A DNA stretch of 41,441 nt from an uncultured Clostridium sp. Its GTDB lineage: Bacteria; Bacillota; Clostridia; TANB77; CAG-508. Made by a program: the position numbers and the translations under genes. The notes below the pieces were generated by a model, which had not been told where the DNA came from, searched no databases, and saw only the letters and a list, made by a program, of their open reading frames with translations. The first letter of the stretch is position 1, and each line of letters starts with the position of its first letter. The stretch spans positions 1 through 41,441 of the forward strand of contig CAMMFK010000002.1 of NCBI GenBank assembly GCA_946496115.1, given 5' to 3'. This document shows, one piece after another, positions 26,101-34,527 of the stretch.

Positions 26101-29100
26101 ATAGTACAGGATCATCAAGTGCAAGAGACTTAAAAGTATATATAACATATAGAATAGTTGTTAGAAACCAATCACAATCTTATGATACTGCTGTAAATGA
26201 AATAGTGGATTACTTTGATGCATCAGAATATACATTTGATGGTACATTAAGTGGAAACACATATACACCAAATTCATACTCAGACTTCCAACACTCACAA
26301 GTAACATCATATGTGGGAGATAGAAATGGCAACTATATAGCTCCTCTAACAGTAAGAACTGAATCAAGCTTAGGCAATGGTAGAGGAAATACAGATATAG
26401 GTCATGGATATAGCAGTACACCATTATACTTATCAGGAATAGTCGGAACTGATGGAAATAGCAGGCTTGCAGCCGGTGGAGGTATGACATTCATTTATTT
26501 AACATTTGAAGTTAGAAAAGATCATCCAGACAGTCAAAACGGATTAGATGAAAATGGTATGGATAATAGAATTCAAATGGATGTTAATGTAAACACAGGA
26601 GAGGCAAAAGGTGTAGGCAAACAAAACATAGCAGAAATAAACAGCTACTCAACATATTATAAAACAGGTGCAAAAGTACCAGATCATTTAGATGGAAATA
26701 CTCCAGTTGATAGAAATGTTAATGGTGCAGTAGCAGGATCAATAGATAGAGATTCAAGTGTTGGTAACTTAACAAGTTCAGACTTAAATAATGAAGGAGA
26801 CTTAATTATAACTAATGATGTGTTAACAAACAGAACAGAAGACGATACAGATAAAGCTCCAAACATTAGATTGATATTCCCAGCAAGCGATGATTATGAA
26901 AGAATAGCAAGAGGATATGTATACGAAGACGAAAGAAATCAAGCTTCAAACCGTGCAATGGTTGGAAATGGTAGATATGATAATAACGAAACTCTAATAA
27001 ATGGCGTAACAGTTCAATTAGTTGAGCTAGTACAAGAAGTTGACGGCAATGGAATTCCAACAGGTAATTACTTGGGTGAATATATCTGGAATGCTAGAAC
27101 TTGGGATCAAGCAGATAGAAGATGGGAAAACGTAAATAGTAGTAGCAACTCTGGAAGCTTAAGATATTATAGTGGTCAAGGAAATTATTCAGATAATCAC
27201 ACAGTATCACCAATAATGTCGGGTGCAGGAGTAACAGCTATTGAAGGATACACATTTGGAGAAGACTCAACAGGCCAGTATGCATTCAAAGCTATGCCAG
27301 CAGGTGACTTTATAGTAAGGTTTATTTATGGCGATACAACACAAACGGTACTTACGGTAGAAGGCGGAGAAGGCGATGAAGTAGTACAATTCTTAAAAGG
27401 AGATACTTCAGAAGTAAATGTTAATGCAACAGATGGATATATATCTAAATCAGGATTAAATGCTAAATCTTACAATGGCCAAGATTACAAGAGTACAACA
27501 TATCAAACTAATGTATCTCAAGCAGGCTCATATAATGGAATAAATGGTTTTGTAAATTATGATACACAAAATTATAATTACACAGAATCAGCACAACCTA
27601 CTATGGGAGTTGCAGGAGAGCAAATAAGCAATTATGTAAATACAGAAGATGGTAGAGACAAATTTATAAACTACTATTACAATACAGGAGAAAGCCAAGC
27701 ACAAAGTGGTGTATCAGATGCAAAAGATGTTGGAAACGTAAGAGATAATACTGATGCTTATGGTAGAGGTATAACCGGCATAGATGGAGAAAGTGACCAA
27801 ACCATAGTAAATGGTAGATCAGAAGTATTAACATCTGGACTAAAAGTAGCAAGTACCGAAGAATTGGCACAAGGTGCTACAACATCTGTAGCTAAGCAAA
27901 TAGCAATGATAAAAGAGCTTATGGAAAATACAGAAATGGTAGCTCAAACCGGTGTAATAAATGCTGAAGTTGAATGGAACACAAACATTACAAATGGACA
28001 ATCTACAAATAACAATCAAGATGGAAGATTAAGTTATATATTTGAAGATATAGATTTAGGACTAGAAGAAAGACCAGTAGCACAATTAAAAATGAATAAA
28101 GAAGTATCAAATGTAAGAATAACATTACAAAATGGTACAATACTATTTGATACAAACAGACCAGTAACAAACATGTCATATGCAGACCATGAAGGACATC
28201 ATATAACATATAGTCCGGAAAATCCAAACGGAAGTGCATATAGATTAATCTCAGTAGCAATAGCCAACAACAGTACAAATACTCCAGAATTAATCACAAC
28301 CTACATGGACGAAGAGCTAATGTATGGTGCGAGAATAGAAGTAGATTATACATTTACAGTAACAAATGTTGGTGAGGTAGATTACTTAGATAATCAATTC
28401 TATTATACAGGTGTAACAAATAATGATAGTGCAAATAACGTATCAAAAACATCTGCAAAAACAGTAGTAGACTATATCACAAACAATATACAATTCCTAC
28501 CAACAAATTCAAGTAACTCGGGTTGGTCAATAAGAACTGTAGATGACTTAACTTCAAATCCAGCAACTGAAAATACAGACTATACAACAAATCCAGTAGG
28601 TAATAATGATGATTTAATAAATAACAAGTACTATAATACATTAAACACATACAATACAATAGTAACAAGCAAAGCTTTAAATACAGACTTGGTACCAGAA
28701 GCAGCAAACTTAGATGCAGCAAGTTCTGTACAAACAACAATGATGTTATCTACAACATTAACACCTGATACAGGAGAAGACACAATGGTGTACAATAATT
28801 TAAGTGAAATTGTACAAGTATCAAATACTCAGGGTAGAAGATTAAAATGGTCAGTAACCGGTAACCAACCAATGGCAGATCAAGACAGAGGATCTGATGA
28901 ACCAGCAAGACCAGAAGATGAAATATACACAAATGCAGATTTAGTAACGCCAAAAGAAATAGATGCTGATAGTTCACAAGAAATATTAATTCTTCCACCA
29001 ACTGGTAGCAACAGAAACTACACATTGTGGATTATAGTTGGAATTGTAGCTTTAGCAATCATTGCTGGAGGTATAGTACTAATAAGAAGATATTTTAAGA

Positions 29101-29108
29101 AGAAATAA
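23121..29108 (+). CDS. Giant cell-surface protein 2 (1995 aa): LPXTG-anchored adhesin-like protein with SdrD-B-like domains and a Pro-rich linker
   Basis: RBS aggagg, with the start 14 nt after the upstream stop (operon). It has an N-terminal signal/anchor helix and the Pro-rich linker KPSEPGMPPIPTIPSTPGTPYPPVTPG. SdrD-B-like modules are GGYVWEDLGF...TDSNGQYGFKDL (about 25015-25260) and ARGYVYEDERNQ... (about 26908-27335). The canonical LPPTG (28992-29006) is followed by a hydrophobic helix and RRYFKKK. Confidence 0.85.
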   Translation: MRHKTKHFTLKKIIAIIIIIATLISAGISTFYLLFSGEDVQSVEGTFATAGGSVTLGSLGGCNTTEMYTLNANYFCANPNYASSRRLRNSKQVDKSPVAPDGGYSATEQETTYTQLRSGQLPQTVAYAKWQGARGATMQNIVWASWNWDDGYELLTGHDTTSNNVNSGGIAGRSERFANFVNYVLTDGTTFTLSATPTTDESDDLKVMIDQANTTYTVGPYVIDFANSSSTTRDGLMTLGDLVYDEIVNDYDGKFIWGDIGANIVTPDGNISTPSNIKVLDSSGSEISSKFPKFGQEFYIQYTSSDKITKIVPSLAINFVTKITGTGTTYQSSQCEFRIHDDATMQYLTAAMREYKYAKKYNIEDGLFTNVNSLNITGETTDVASIFSDIKTSIATNIKKYAEEGDYPVGSVEVDIGEEGSGHILGIFSDEDNTFHKGNISIGTQLVKVDEKKAYLLNNNDGTPTWWDDNIPSGFLDNPQNSIDDERAYTIYKAYGQVRSDDGTILNDLDSEDDGEGQPTEEYCPNADAVFNQLYPGIPSEPSTSASDLAKNWAKYNLRYAIKFAAEYPVVKEENEYLQPAVTVSVSKPSEPGMPPIPTIPSTPGTPYPPVTPGITTSTGSTKVILPGKSINMYIGGYVWEDLGFTKESVENGRYDSGNESRFGGIQVTLHDANTDQVVASTTTDSNGQYGFKDLHPMHKYCVEFTYNGQVYQHTYYNNNLSGGYSTATEKSNDRTDLNTRFETIDSTPNNYLADDRQNKSYGMYVRIPASDGTYLSYTPTVYTDGQNTGALRFCDVLEIFRKANVNGKNIDSSSQDTMESTYNTLSTDRTYASSEGSFKEELRNIASSQGKTISEPELNSLWNYINHCMISSYTIRYPEEDRFVLEDVDNPQEGNVIGYEYLYTPSRDQSRNVDFGLNARDTADLAIQKDVYKATVRVNGKTQTYMYNNKDADIDDDGNWNITVRQADYLYNGGTRYTREIRKSEYLYDGTIYSTGSSSARDLKVYITYRIVVRNQSQSYDTAVNEIVDYFDASEYTFDGTLSGNTYTPNSYSDFQHSQVTSYVGDRNGNYIAPLTVRTESSLGNGRGNTDIGHGYSSTPLYLSGIVGTDGNSRLAAGGGMTFIYLTFEVRKDHPDSQNGLDENGMDNRIQMDVNVNTGEAKGVGKQNIAEINSYSTYYKTGAKVPDHLDGNTPVDRNVNGAVAGSIDRDSSVGNLTSSDLNNEGDLIITNDVLTNRTEDDTDKAPNIRLIFPASDDYERIARGYVYEDERNQASNRAMVGNGRYDNNETLINGVTVQLVELVQEVDGNGIPTGNYLGEYIWNARTWDQADRRWENVNSSSNSGSLRYYSGQGNYSDNHTVSPIMSGAGVTAIEGYTFGEDSTGQYAFKAMPAGDFIVRFIYGDTTQTVLTVEGGEGDEVVQFLKGDTSEVNVNATDGYISKSGLNAKSYNGQDYKSTTYQTNVSQAGSYNGINGFVNYDTQNYNYTESAQPTMGVAGEQISNYVNTEDGRDKFINYYYNTGESQAQSGVSDAKDVGNVRDNTDAYGRGITGIDGESDQTIVNGRSEVLTSGLKVASTEELAQGATTSVAKQIAMIKELMENTEMVAQTGVINAEVEWNTNITNGQSTNNNQDGRLSYIFEDIDLGLEERPVAQLKMNKEVSNVRITLQNGTILFDTNRPVTNMSYADHEGHHITYSPENPNGSAYRLISVAIANNSTNTPELITTYMDEELMYGARIEVDYTFTVTNVGEVDYLDNQFYYTGVTNNDSANNVSKTSAKTVVDYITNNIQFLPTNSSNSGWSIRTVDDLTSNPATENTDYTTNPVGNNDDLINNKYYNTLNTYNTIVTSKALNTDLVPEAANLDAASSVQTTMMLSTTLTPDTGEDTMVYNNLSEIVQVSNTQGRRLKWSVTGNQPMADQDRGSDEPARPEDEIYTNADLVTPKEIDADSSQEILILPPTGSNRNYTLWIIVGIVALAIIAGGIVLIRRYFKKK

Positions 29109-29126
29109 TAATATATCTTAAAATGC

Positions 29127-29159
29127 AAAACTAGGACACTATATGGTGTCCTAGTTTTT
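29127..29159 (+). terminator. Strong rho-independent terminator after the adhesin operon
   Basis: aaaactaggacac / gtgtcctagtttt stem, loop tatatg, then a T5 run. Confidence 0.85.
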
Positions 29160-29190
29160 GGCATAGTTACAGTTCATTAATTTTTGTAAA

Positions 29191-29339
29191 AGTTGCAATA
29201 TATGTTTTGTAGCTTTTAGCGACCTGAGGTAGCGCTAGCATTTTTGTCTTTAACTAAATAGGACTACCGAAGTGAGCGTGCGAGCGCTTTCGCGAAAGCG
29301 AAACCGCGAGGCAAATGCGGAAAAATGTATATTGCAACT
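29191..29339 (-). repeat. GC-rich long-hairpin intergenic element, copy C (full length, inverted, diverged)
   Basis: The reverse complement aligns along the whole length of copies A and B (blocks agtcctaYttagtta, aaaatgct, gtcgct...). The outer arms agttgcaatata / tatattgcaact are inverted. Confidence 0.8.
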
Positions 29340-29372
29340 TGATATACTTTTAAATTAGTTGTAAACTGTAAA

Positions 29373-29386
29373 TTTGACAAAAAATT
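29373..29386 (+). promoter_or_regulatory. Upstream TTTGACAAAAAA box (Spo0A-box-like)
   Basis: aatttgacaaaaaatt is one of two near-identical copies upstream of spoIIE. TTTGACA differs at one position from the reverse 0A box TTCGACA. Confidence 0.35.
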
Positions 29387-29479
29387 CACACATCTATTGT
29401 AATTTTAAGCATTTTAAGATAAAATAAGTACAAAATATATCACAATTTGTAAAATACTTTTTTAATTTTCATACCCTAA

Positions 29480-29513
29480 TTTGACAAAAAAAATCATGGA
29501 CAAGTATTAAAAT
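29480..29513 (+). promoter_or_regulatory. Candidate spoIIE promoter with a Spo0A-box-like -35 region
   Basis: TTGACA (29481-29486) lies inside the second TTTGACAAAAAA box. The -10 candidates are TATTAA (18-nt spacer) or TAAAAT (29508-29513, 21-nt spacer). Confidence 0.45.
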
Positions 29514-29598
29514 ATGCTTAATAAAAATTACACAAGATTGAAGTTTGGCTTTAAATTAGCAATTTAAGTGTAAATTAAAAAAGTAAGAGGTGTGAAGG

Positions 29599-32043
29599 AT
29601 GTTACAAAATATTTCAAAAGAATTAGACTATAATAATGCTGAAGAAGTAAAAAACAAAAACGATTTTGCTGAAATCGCAAAAAAAATATTCACTAAGCAA
29701 AACATAGCTATATATTTAATAACTTTTTTAATATCCATGGTAGGACTTGGTGAAGATAATTTAATTGCACCATTTGGTATAGCTTTTACTGCTGCATGTA
29801 TTAGTAATGGTATGCCACTTGCTATAGTGTTTATATCAAGCATTATAGGTACAACGATGAAGTTTGGATTTAATGGATTACTAATGTATGTAGTTGCCGC
29901 GTTAATAGTTTTGTTATTTTCGGTAATTGCTAAGCCTAAAAGAATTTATGATGATGCAAATGAAAAAATTAGATTGGGTGCAAGACTTACTATTTCAGTT
30001 TTTTTAGTGCAATTTATATACATATTATTTACAGGGTTTTATATGTATGACTTTTTAACAGCAATAATGATTGCTATTACAAGTTATATATTTTATAAAA
30101 TATTTGTTAATTCTATTTCAGTTGTTAAGGAATATGGAATTAAAAAGGCTTTTACTGTAGAAGAAGTTATAGGAGCTAGCTTATTATTATCCATAGCACT
30201 ATCAGCAGTAGGCAATTACAATATATGGGGATTTGGCATTAGAAATATATTTTGCATTTTTATGGTTCTATATTTAGGATATAGAAATGGAATGTTAGTA
30301 GGTGCTACTGCAGGTATAACAATAGGAGTAGTTATTAGTATTTTAGGAGGGGAAGAACAAATACTTATTGCAGCTTATGCAATATCAGGACTAATAGCAG
30401 GACTTCTAAATAAATTTGGGAAAATAGGTGTAATAATTGGATTTATTATAGGAAATATTGCTGTGGCTTATGCTGCAAATGGTGGAGTGCACAATATAAT
30501 AATGTTCCAAGAAATTTTAATTGCAGCAGTAGGTTTACTCTTTGTGCCTAAGGCTACAAAAATAAATATAGAAGATGTTATACCAAATACAAAACTTTTG
30601 CCAGAAGCAGGTGGAAGTTTAGAAGAAAGCAGTGTAACTTTAGATAAATTAAATAGCATATCTAAAACAATTTCAGATATGGCAAGTAATTACGAAGATA
30701 GTGATATTTATGACAGAAACCTAGAAATGTTTGAAGATGAACTTCTAAACAATTTAGACGGCTTAGAGGGAAATAACTTATATGATGATATATATAATAA
30801 CGAAGATAATATTATAGAAGATATTTTTGAGTTTTTGCAAGAAAATGGCGTAATGACCGATAATGGATTTATAAGCATATTTGCTAAGCATAATATATAT
30901 CTAGTGAATTCTGAAAACGATTATATAAAAGCAGAAGAACTAGACGAAATGCGTGAAATAATAAAAGCTATAAACACAGCATACAGAATTAGTAAAAACA
31001 ATTTTATATGGCAGAAAAAACTTGATGATAATAACAAAAATTTATCAAACCAATTAAAAAATGTTTCAAGGGCAATAAATAATATTGCAACAGGAATAAA
31101 AGAAAACTCTGATGAATATGAAAGTGAAAAAAAAGAGGTAGAAGATTTACTTAAAGAAAAAAGTATTAATGTAAAAGAAATATCTATAAAAAAAGAAAAT
31201 ACAGGCAAAACAATAATAAACGCATATACAAATATATGTGATGATGCAGAAGGTAAAAATTGCCCAATAAAACCTATAGAAAAGGTGCTAAACAAAGTAT
31301 TTGATGAAAAATTTGTTTTGCAAGAACAAAAATGTGGTATAAGATTAAACAAAAATATTTGCTCTTACACATTTACATCAGAAGATAAATTTATTATTCA
31401 AACAGGCATAGCTAAGTCAAAGAAGCATGACTCAATTGTCTCTGGAGATAACATATCTCAAATAAGACTTGGAGATGGCAAATACATGCTTGCAATAAGC
31501 GATGGAATGGGCTCTGGTGCAGAAGCAAGAAGAAACAGTAAAATTGCAATAAGCATGCTAGAAAGATTGTTCAGCACAGGTTTTGACAAAGAAACCTCAA
31601 TAAATTTAATAAATTCTGCAATTATGAATGCAAATAAAGAGGATATGTATGCAACATTAGATATAGAAATCTTAGACCTTTATGCAGGAAAACTGGAAAT
31701 TCTTAAAAACGGTGCATGTCCTACATATATTAAGAAAAATAGAAGTGTAAATATTATAAAATCTACATCATTGCCAGCAGGAATTGTAAATGATATTAGT
31801 GTAGATACATATGATACAGATTTAAATGATGGAGATATAGTGGTTATATGTAGTGATGGAATTATAGAATCAAACAATGAATATGCCAACAAAGAACTAT
31901 GGATAAAGTACTTGTTAGAAGAAATTCAAACAGACTCTCCAGAAAGAATAGCAGATATTATTTTGCATGAAGCTATAGATAATAATTTTGGCAAAGCTAA
32001 AGATGATATGACTGTAATTGCATTTAGAGTAAATAAAAAATAG
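29599..32043 (+). CDS. spoIIE: Stage II sporulation protein E (membrane PP2C phosphatase)
   Basis: The N-terminal half has about 10 TM segments. A central regulatory region follows, then the C-terminal PP2C domain (ISDGMGSGAEARRNS ... VVICSDGIIE ... DDMTVIAFRV). Confidence 0.9.
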   Translation: MLQNISKELDYNNAEEVKNKNDFAEIAKKIFTKQNIAIYLITFLISMVGLGEDNLIAPFGIAFTAACISNGMPLAIVFISSIIGTTMKFGFNGLLMYVVAALIVLLFSVIAKPKRIYDDANEKIRLGARLTISVFLVQFIYILFTGFYMYDFLTAIMIAITSYIFYKIFVNSISVVKEYGIKKAFTVEEVIGASLLLSIALSAVGNYNIWGFGIRNIFCIFMVLYLGYRNGMLVGATAGITIGVVISILGGEEQILIAAYAISGLIAGLLNKFGKIGVIIGFIIGNIAVAYAANGGVHNIIMFQEILIAAVGLLFVPKATKINIEDVIPNTKLLPEAGGSLEESSVTLDKLNSISKTISDMASNYEDSDIYDRNLEMFEDELLNNLDGLEGNNLYDDIYNNEDNIIEDIFEFLQENGVMTDNGFISIFAKHNIYLVNSENDYIKAEELDEMREIIKAINTAYRISKNNFIWQKKLDDNNKNLSNQLKNVSRAINNIATGIKENSDEYESEKKEVEDLLKEKSINVKEISIKKENTGKTIINAYTNICDDAEGKNCPIKPIEKVLNKVFDEKFVLQEQKCGIRLNKNICSYTFTSEDKFIIQTGIAKSKKHDSIVSGDNISQIRLGDGKYMLAISDGMGSGAEARRNSKIAISMLERLFSTGFDKETSINLINSAIMNANKEDMYATLDIEILDLYAGKLEILKNGACPTYIKKNRSVNIIKSTSLPAGIVNDISVDTYDTDLNDGDIVVICSDGIIESNNEYANKELWIKYLLEEIQTDSPERIADIILHEAIDNNFGKAKDDMTVIAFRVNKK

Positions 32044-32066
32044 GTGCGGTATGCATCTATTTTTCA
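32034..32066 (+). terminator. Rho-independent terminator after spoIIE
   Basis: taggtgc / gcatcta stem (one G-U pair), extended by a flanking A-run and a T-run. The spoIIE stop codon lies in the stem. Confidence 0.55.
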
Positions 32067-32075
32067 TTTAACATA

Positions 32076-32104
32076 TTGAAAAATTACGTAAAAACTGATA
32101 TATT
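32076..32104 (+). promoter_or_regulatory. Sigma-A type promoter upstream of the WG-repeat gene
   Basis: TTGAAA (32076-32081), 17-nt spacer, TATATT (32099-32104). Confidence 0.45.
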
Positions 32105-32133
32105 ATATATGAATAATAAAATCGGAGGTAAAT

Positions 32134-33660
32134 ATGTCTAATAGAGGTAGAAGGTATGATGGTGAACCCAAGCTAAATATTAAAAAAGTAATAGCAGTAT
32201 TAATCATACTAGCAGTTATAATAATGTGTGTAATCTTAATTTATAAATTTGCCACAGATGAAAGCAGTAGTGAGACAAAAACAGTAACTAATTCATACAT
32301 CACAGTATTTTCAGAAGGAAAATGGGGTGTAATTAATTCAAAAGGAGAAACAATAATTCAGCCGACCTATGATGATATGATTATTATTCCGGATCCTACG
32401 AGGGCAATATTTATAGTCCAGTCAAATGTTGATTTAGATGCAGGTACATATAATTCTAAGGCAATAAATGACAAAGGAGAAGAATTATTTACTTCTTATC
32501 AAAGTGTAGAGGCTTTGCAAAATGTAGACTCAGTCAATGCAATTACATATGATACTACAGCCTTAAAAGTTTATAATGGAGAAAAATATGGCCTAATAAA
32601 TTTTAATGGAACAGAAATACTTAGTCCTACATACGACTCAATAACTCCACTTTCTGGTGTTAGAAATAGCTTTGTTACTGTTAAAGATAAGTTATATGGA
32701 CTAGTAGATAATAGTGGAAATGTCATAATAGATAACTTATATACAGAAATAACTAGCTTAACAGATAGATATGAAGATGGGTATGTTGTAAGAGACCAAA
32801 ATGAAAATTATGGATTAATTAATTATAATAAGCAACAAGTTCTTGAATGTAAATATTCTGAAATTAAACATGTAACAGGAAATAATTTATATGCAGTTAG
32901 AGAAAATGGAAACTTAGAGTTAATAAATGCAAGTGGTGATGTGCTTATAGGAAGCGGATTTGATGATATAAAAAGTATAGATAGCAATAATGTAATATTT
33001 ACAAGAGAAAACAAATATGGAATAATGGCATCAGACGGAACAGTTTTAGTTGAGCCAACTTATGATGAACTAACATATACATTTGATGGAAATTATATAG
33101 CAAAAAATGGAGATAATTATGGAATAATTGATACATCAAACCAAACAAAAGTTGATTTTACATATAGTTATATAACTTATATGTCAGATGAAAATTTTAT
33201 AGAAGCTGACAAAGAAGACAGCAATACAGACCTTTTAGATACTTCTTTTAATGTAAAGGTTACAGGAATAGTTTCTGAAATAAATACAAGTAAAGGATAT
33301 GTAAAAGTAAGAGCTGATGGAGAATATAAGTATTATAATTTTAGGCTAGAAGAAAGAACAGCACAAGACATATTTACAACAAATACATTATTCTTATCTA
33401 GACAAAATGGTAAATATGGATATGTCAATAAAGAAGGAATAGTTGTAGTAGACTACATTTATGATGATGCGACAGAGCAAAATGATTATGGATATGTGGC
33501 AGTTAAGCAAAATGGAGTATGGGGAGCTTTAGACCAGAATGGAAATGTAATAGTTACACCTTCATACGAATTAACACAAAACACAGTTATTAGTTTTATA
33601 GGTAAGTGGCACTTAGCACCAGATTTGAATGCAAATTATTATACTGATGTTAATGAGTAG
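32134..33660 (+). CDS. Membrane-anchored WG-repeat (KWG) protein
   Basis: N-terminal TM helix, then at least 8 repeats of the pattern G(K/E)(W/Y)G(V/L)IN..G..I..P.YD.I (GKWGVINSKGETIIQPTYDDM, EKYGLINFNGTEILSPTYDSI, GVWGALDQNGNVIVTPSYEL, and others). Confidence 0.8.
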   Translation: MSNRGRRYDGEPKLNIKKVIAVLIILAVIIMCVILIYKFATDESSSETKTVTNSYITVFSEGKWGVINSKGETIIQPTYDDMIIIPDPTRAIFIVQSNVDLDAGTYNSKAINDKGEELFTSYQSVEALQNVDSVNAITYDTTALKVYNGEKYGLINFNGTEILSPTYDSITPLSGVRNSFVTVKDKLYGLVDNSGNVIIDNLYTEITSLTDRYEDGYVVRDQNENYGLINYNKQQVLECKYSEIKHVTGNNLYAVRENGNLELINASGDVLIGSGFDDIKSIDSNNVIFTRENKYGIMASDGTVLVEPTYDELTYTFDGNYIAKNGDNYGIIDTSNQTKVDFTYSYITYMSDENFIEADKEDSNTDLLDTSFNVKVTGIVSEINTSKGYVKVRADGEYKYYNFRLEERTAQDIFTTNTLFLSRQNGKYGYVNKEGIVVVDYIYDDATEQNDYGYVAVKQNGVWGALDQNGNVIVTPSYELTQNTVISFIGKWHLAPDLNANYYTDVNE

Positions 33661-33670
33661 GAGGTGTATT

Positions 33671-33703
33671 GCCTCAGGTCACTAAATGTTTCAAAATATA
33701 TAC
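33671..33703 (+). repeat. Fragment (3' arm only) of the element family, copy E
   Basis: gcctcaggtcactaaatgtttcaaaatatatac aligns with the copy A/B 3' arm gcaaccgttcgctgaaatgt...atatatt. It is also the reverse complement of the copy C/D left arm (ttagtgacctgaggc). Confidence 0.5.
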
Positions 33704-33741
33704 TGCCACTTTTATAAAAATATAGATAAGGAGAACAAAAG

Positions 33742-34527
33742 ATGGAAGAAAAACAAAGTTGTAAAATAGTACCGATGATAACTAAAAAGAAAGAAATGTA
33801 CAAATTTTATGAATTTGTATTAAAAAATGGGTATGAAATAAAAATATTTAATAAAAAGCAAGATTCACATTTGTATAAGTATTTTCTTCCTGCAATTAGA
33901 GATTACATGTTTTGGACATTTAACTTAAATAACGACAAAAAGTTTAAATCAATGGATAGAGAAATGCAATCTGCTGTATGTAATAATTATTCTTGCACAA
34001 TATTTGAAAAGGAAGATACACTTGTTGTAGCTTTTCATACTGGAGTAATATTTGCTGTTGGTAATGATAATAAAGAAACTGAAAAAATAAAAGAGTATGA
34101 CGGGCTTTTAGATATTTCAAAAATAAATATTGATAGTGAAAAAGTTTACAAAATAGATGCTGAAAATATGGAAAACTTGTATATTTATATAATCACTTTA
34201 TATAAATATGTGATGTTAAATATGCTAGATAAAGCTATGGAAGATAAAGATTCTTTTGAAAAAAATAGAAATGAGTTTGTAAACTTTGTTCAAGAAATAT
34301 ATTCGAAAAAGATAACAGAAAATTTGTCAGGCAATAAAATTGCAAATGACTGGGAGCAAAAACTAGGCTTAGATAAACTTTATATTTCTGTAGAAAATAA
34401 ATTTGATTTACTTTATAGAAATATTAAATTAGATAGTCATAATACAATGTTTAGAATTATAATTATTTTGCTTGTTGTACTTATTATAATTGCTACAATA
34501 AATTTGGGTAATTTTTTGGCGTACTAA
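33742..34527 (+). CDS. Hypothetical protein with C-terminal membrane anchor
   Basis: Good RBS (aaggag). The body is soluble and Lys/Asn-rich, with a C-terminal TM (FRIIIILLVVLIIIATINLGNFLAY). I do not recognise a family. Confidence 0.6.
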   Translation: MEEKQSCKIVPMITKKKEMYKFYEFVLKNGYEIKIFNKKQDSHLYKYFLPAIRDYMFWTFNLNNDKKFKSMDREMQSAVCNNYSCTIFEKEDTLVVAFHTGVIFAVGNDNKETEKIKEYDGLLDISKINIDSEKVYKIDAENMENLYIYIITLYKYVMLNMLDKAMEDKDSFEKNRNEFVNFVQEIYSKKITENLSGNKIANDWEQKLGLDKLYISVENKFDLLYRNIKLDSHNTMFRIIIILLVVLIIIATINLGNFLAY

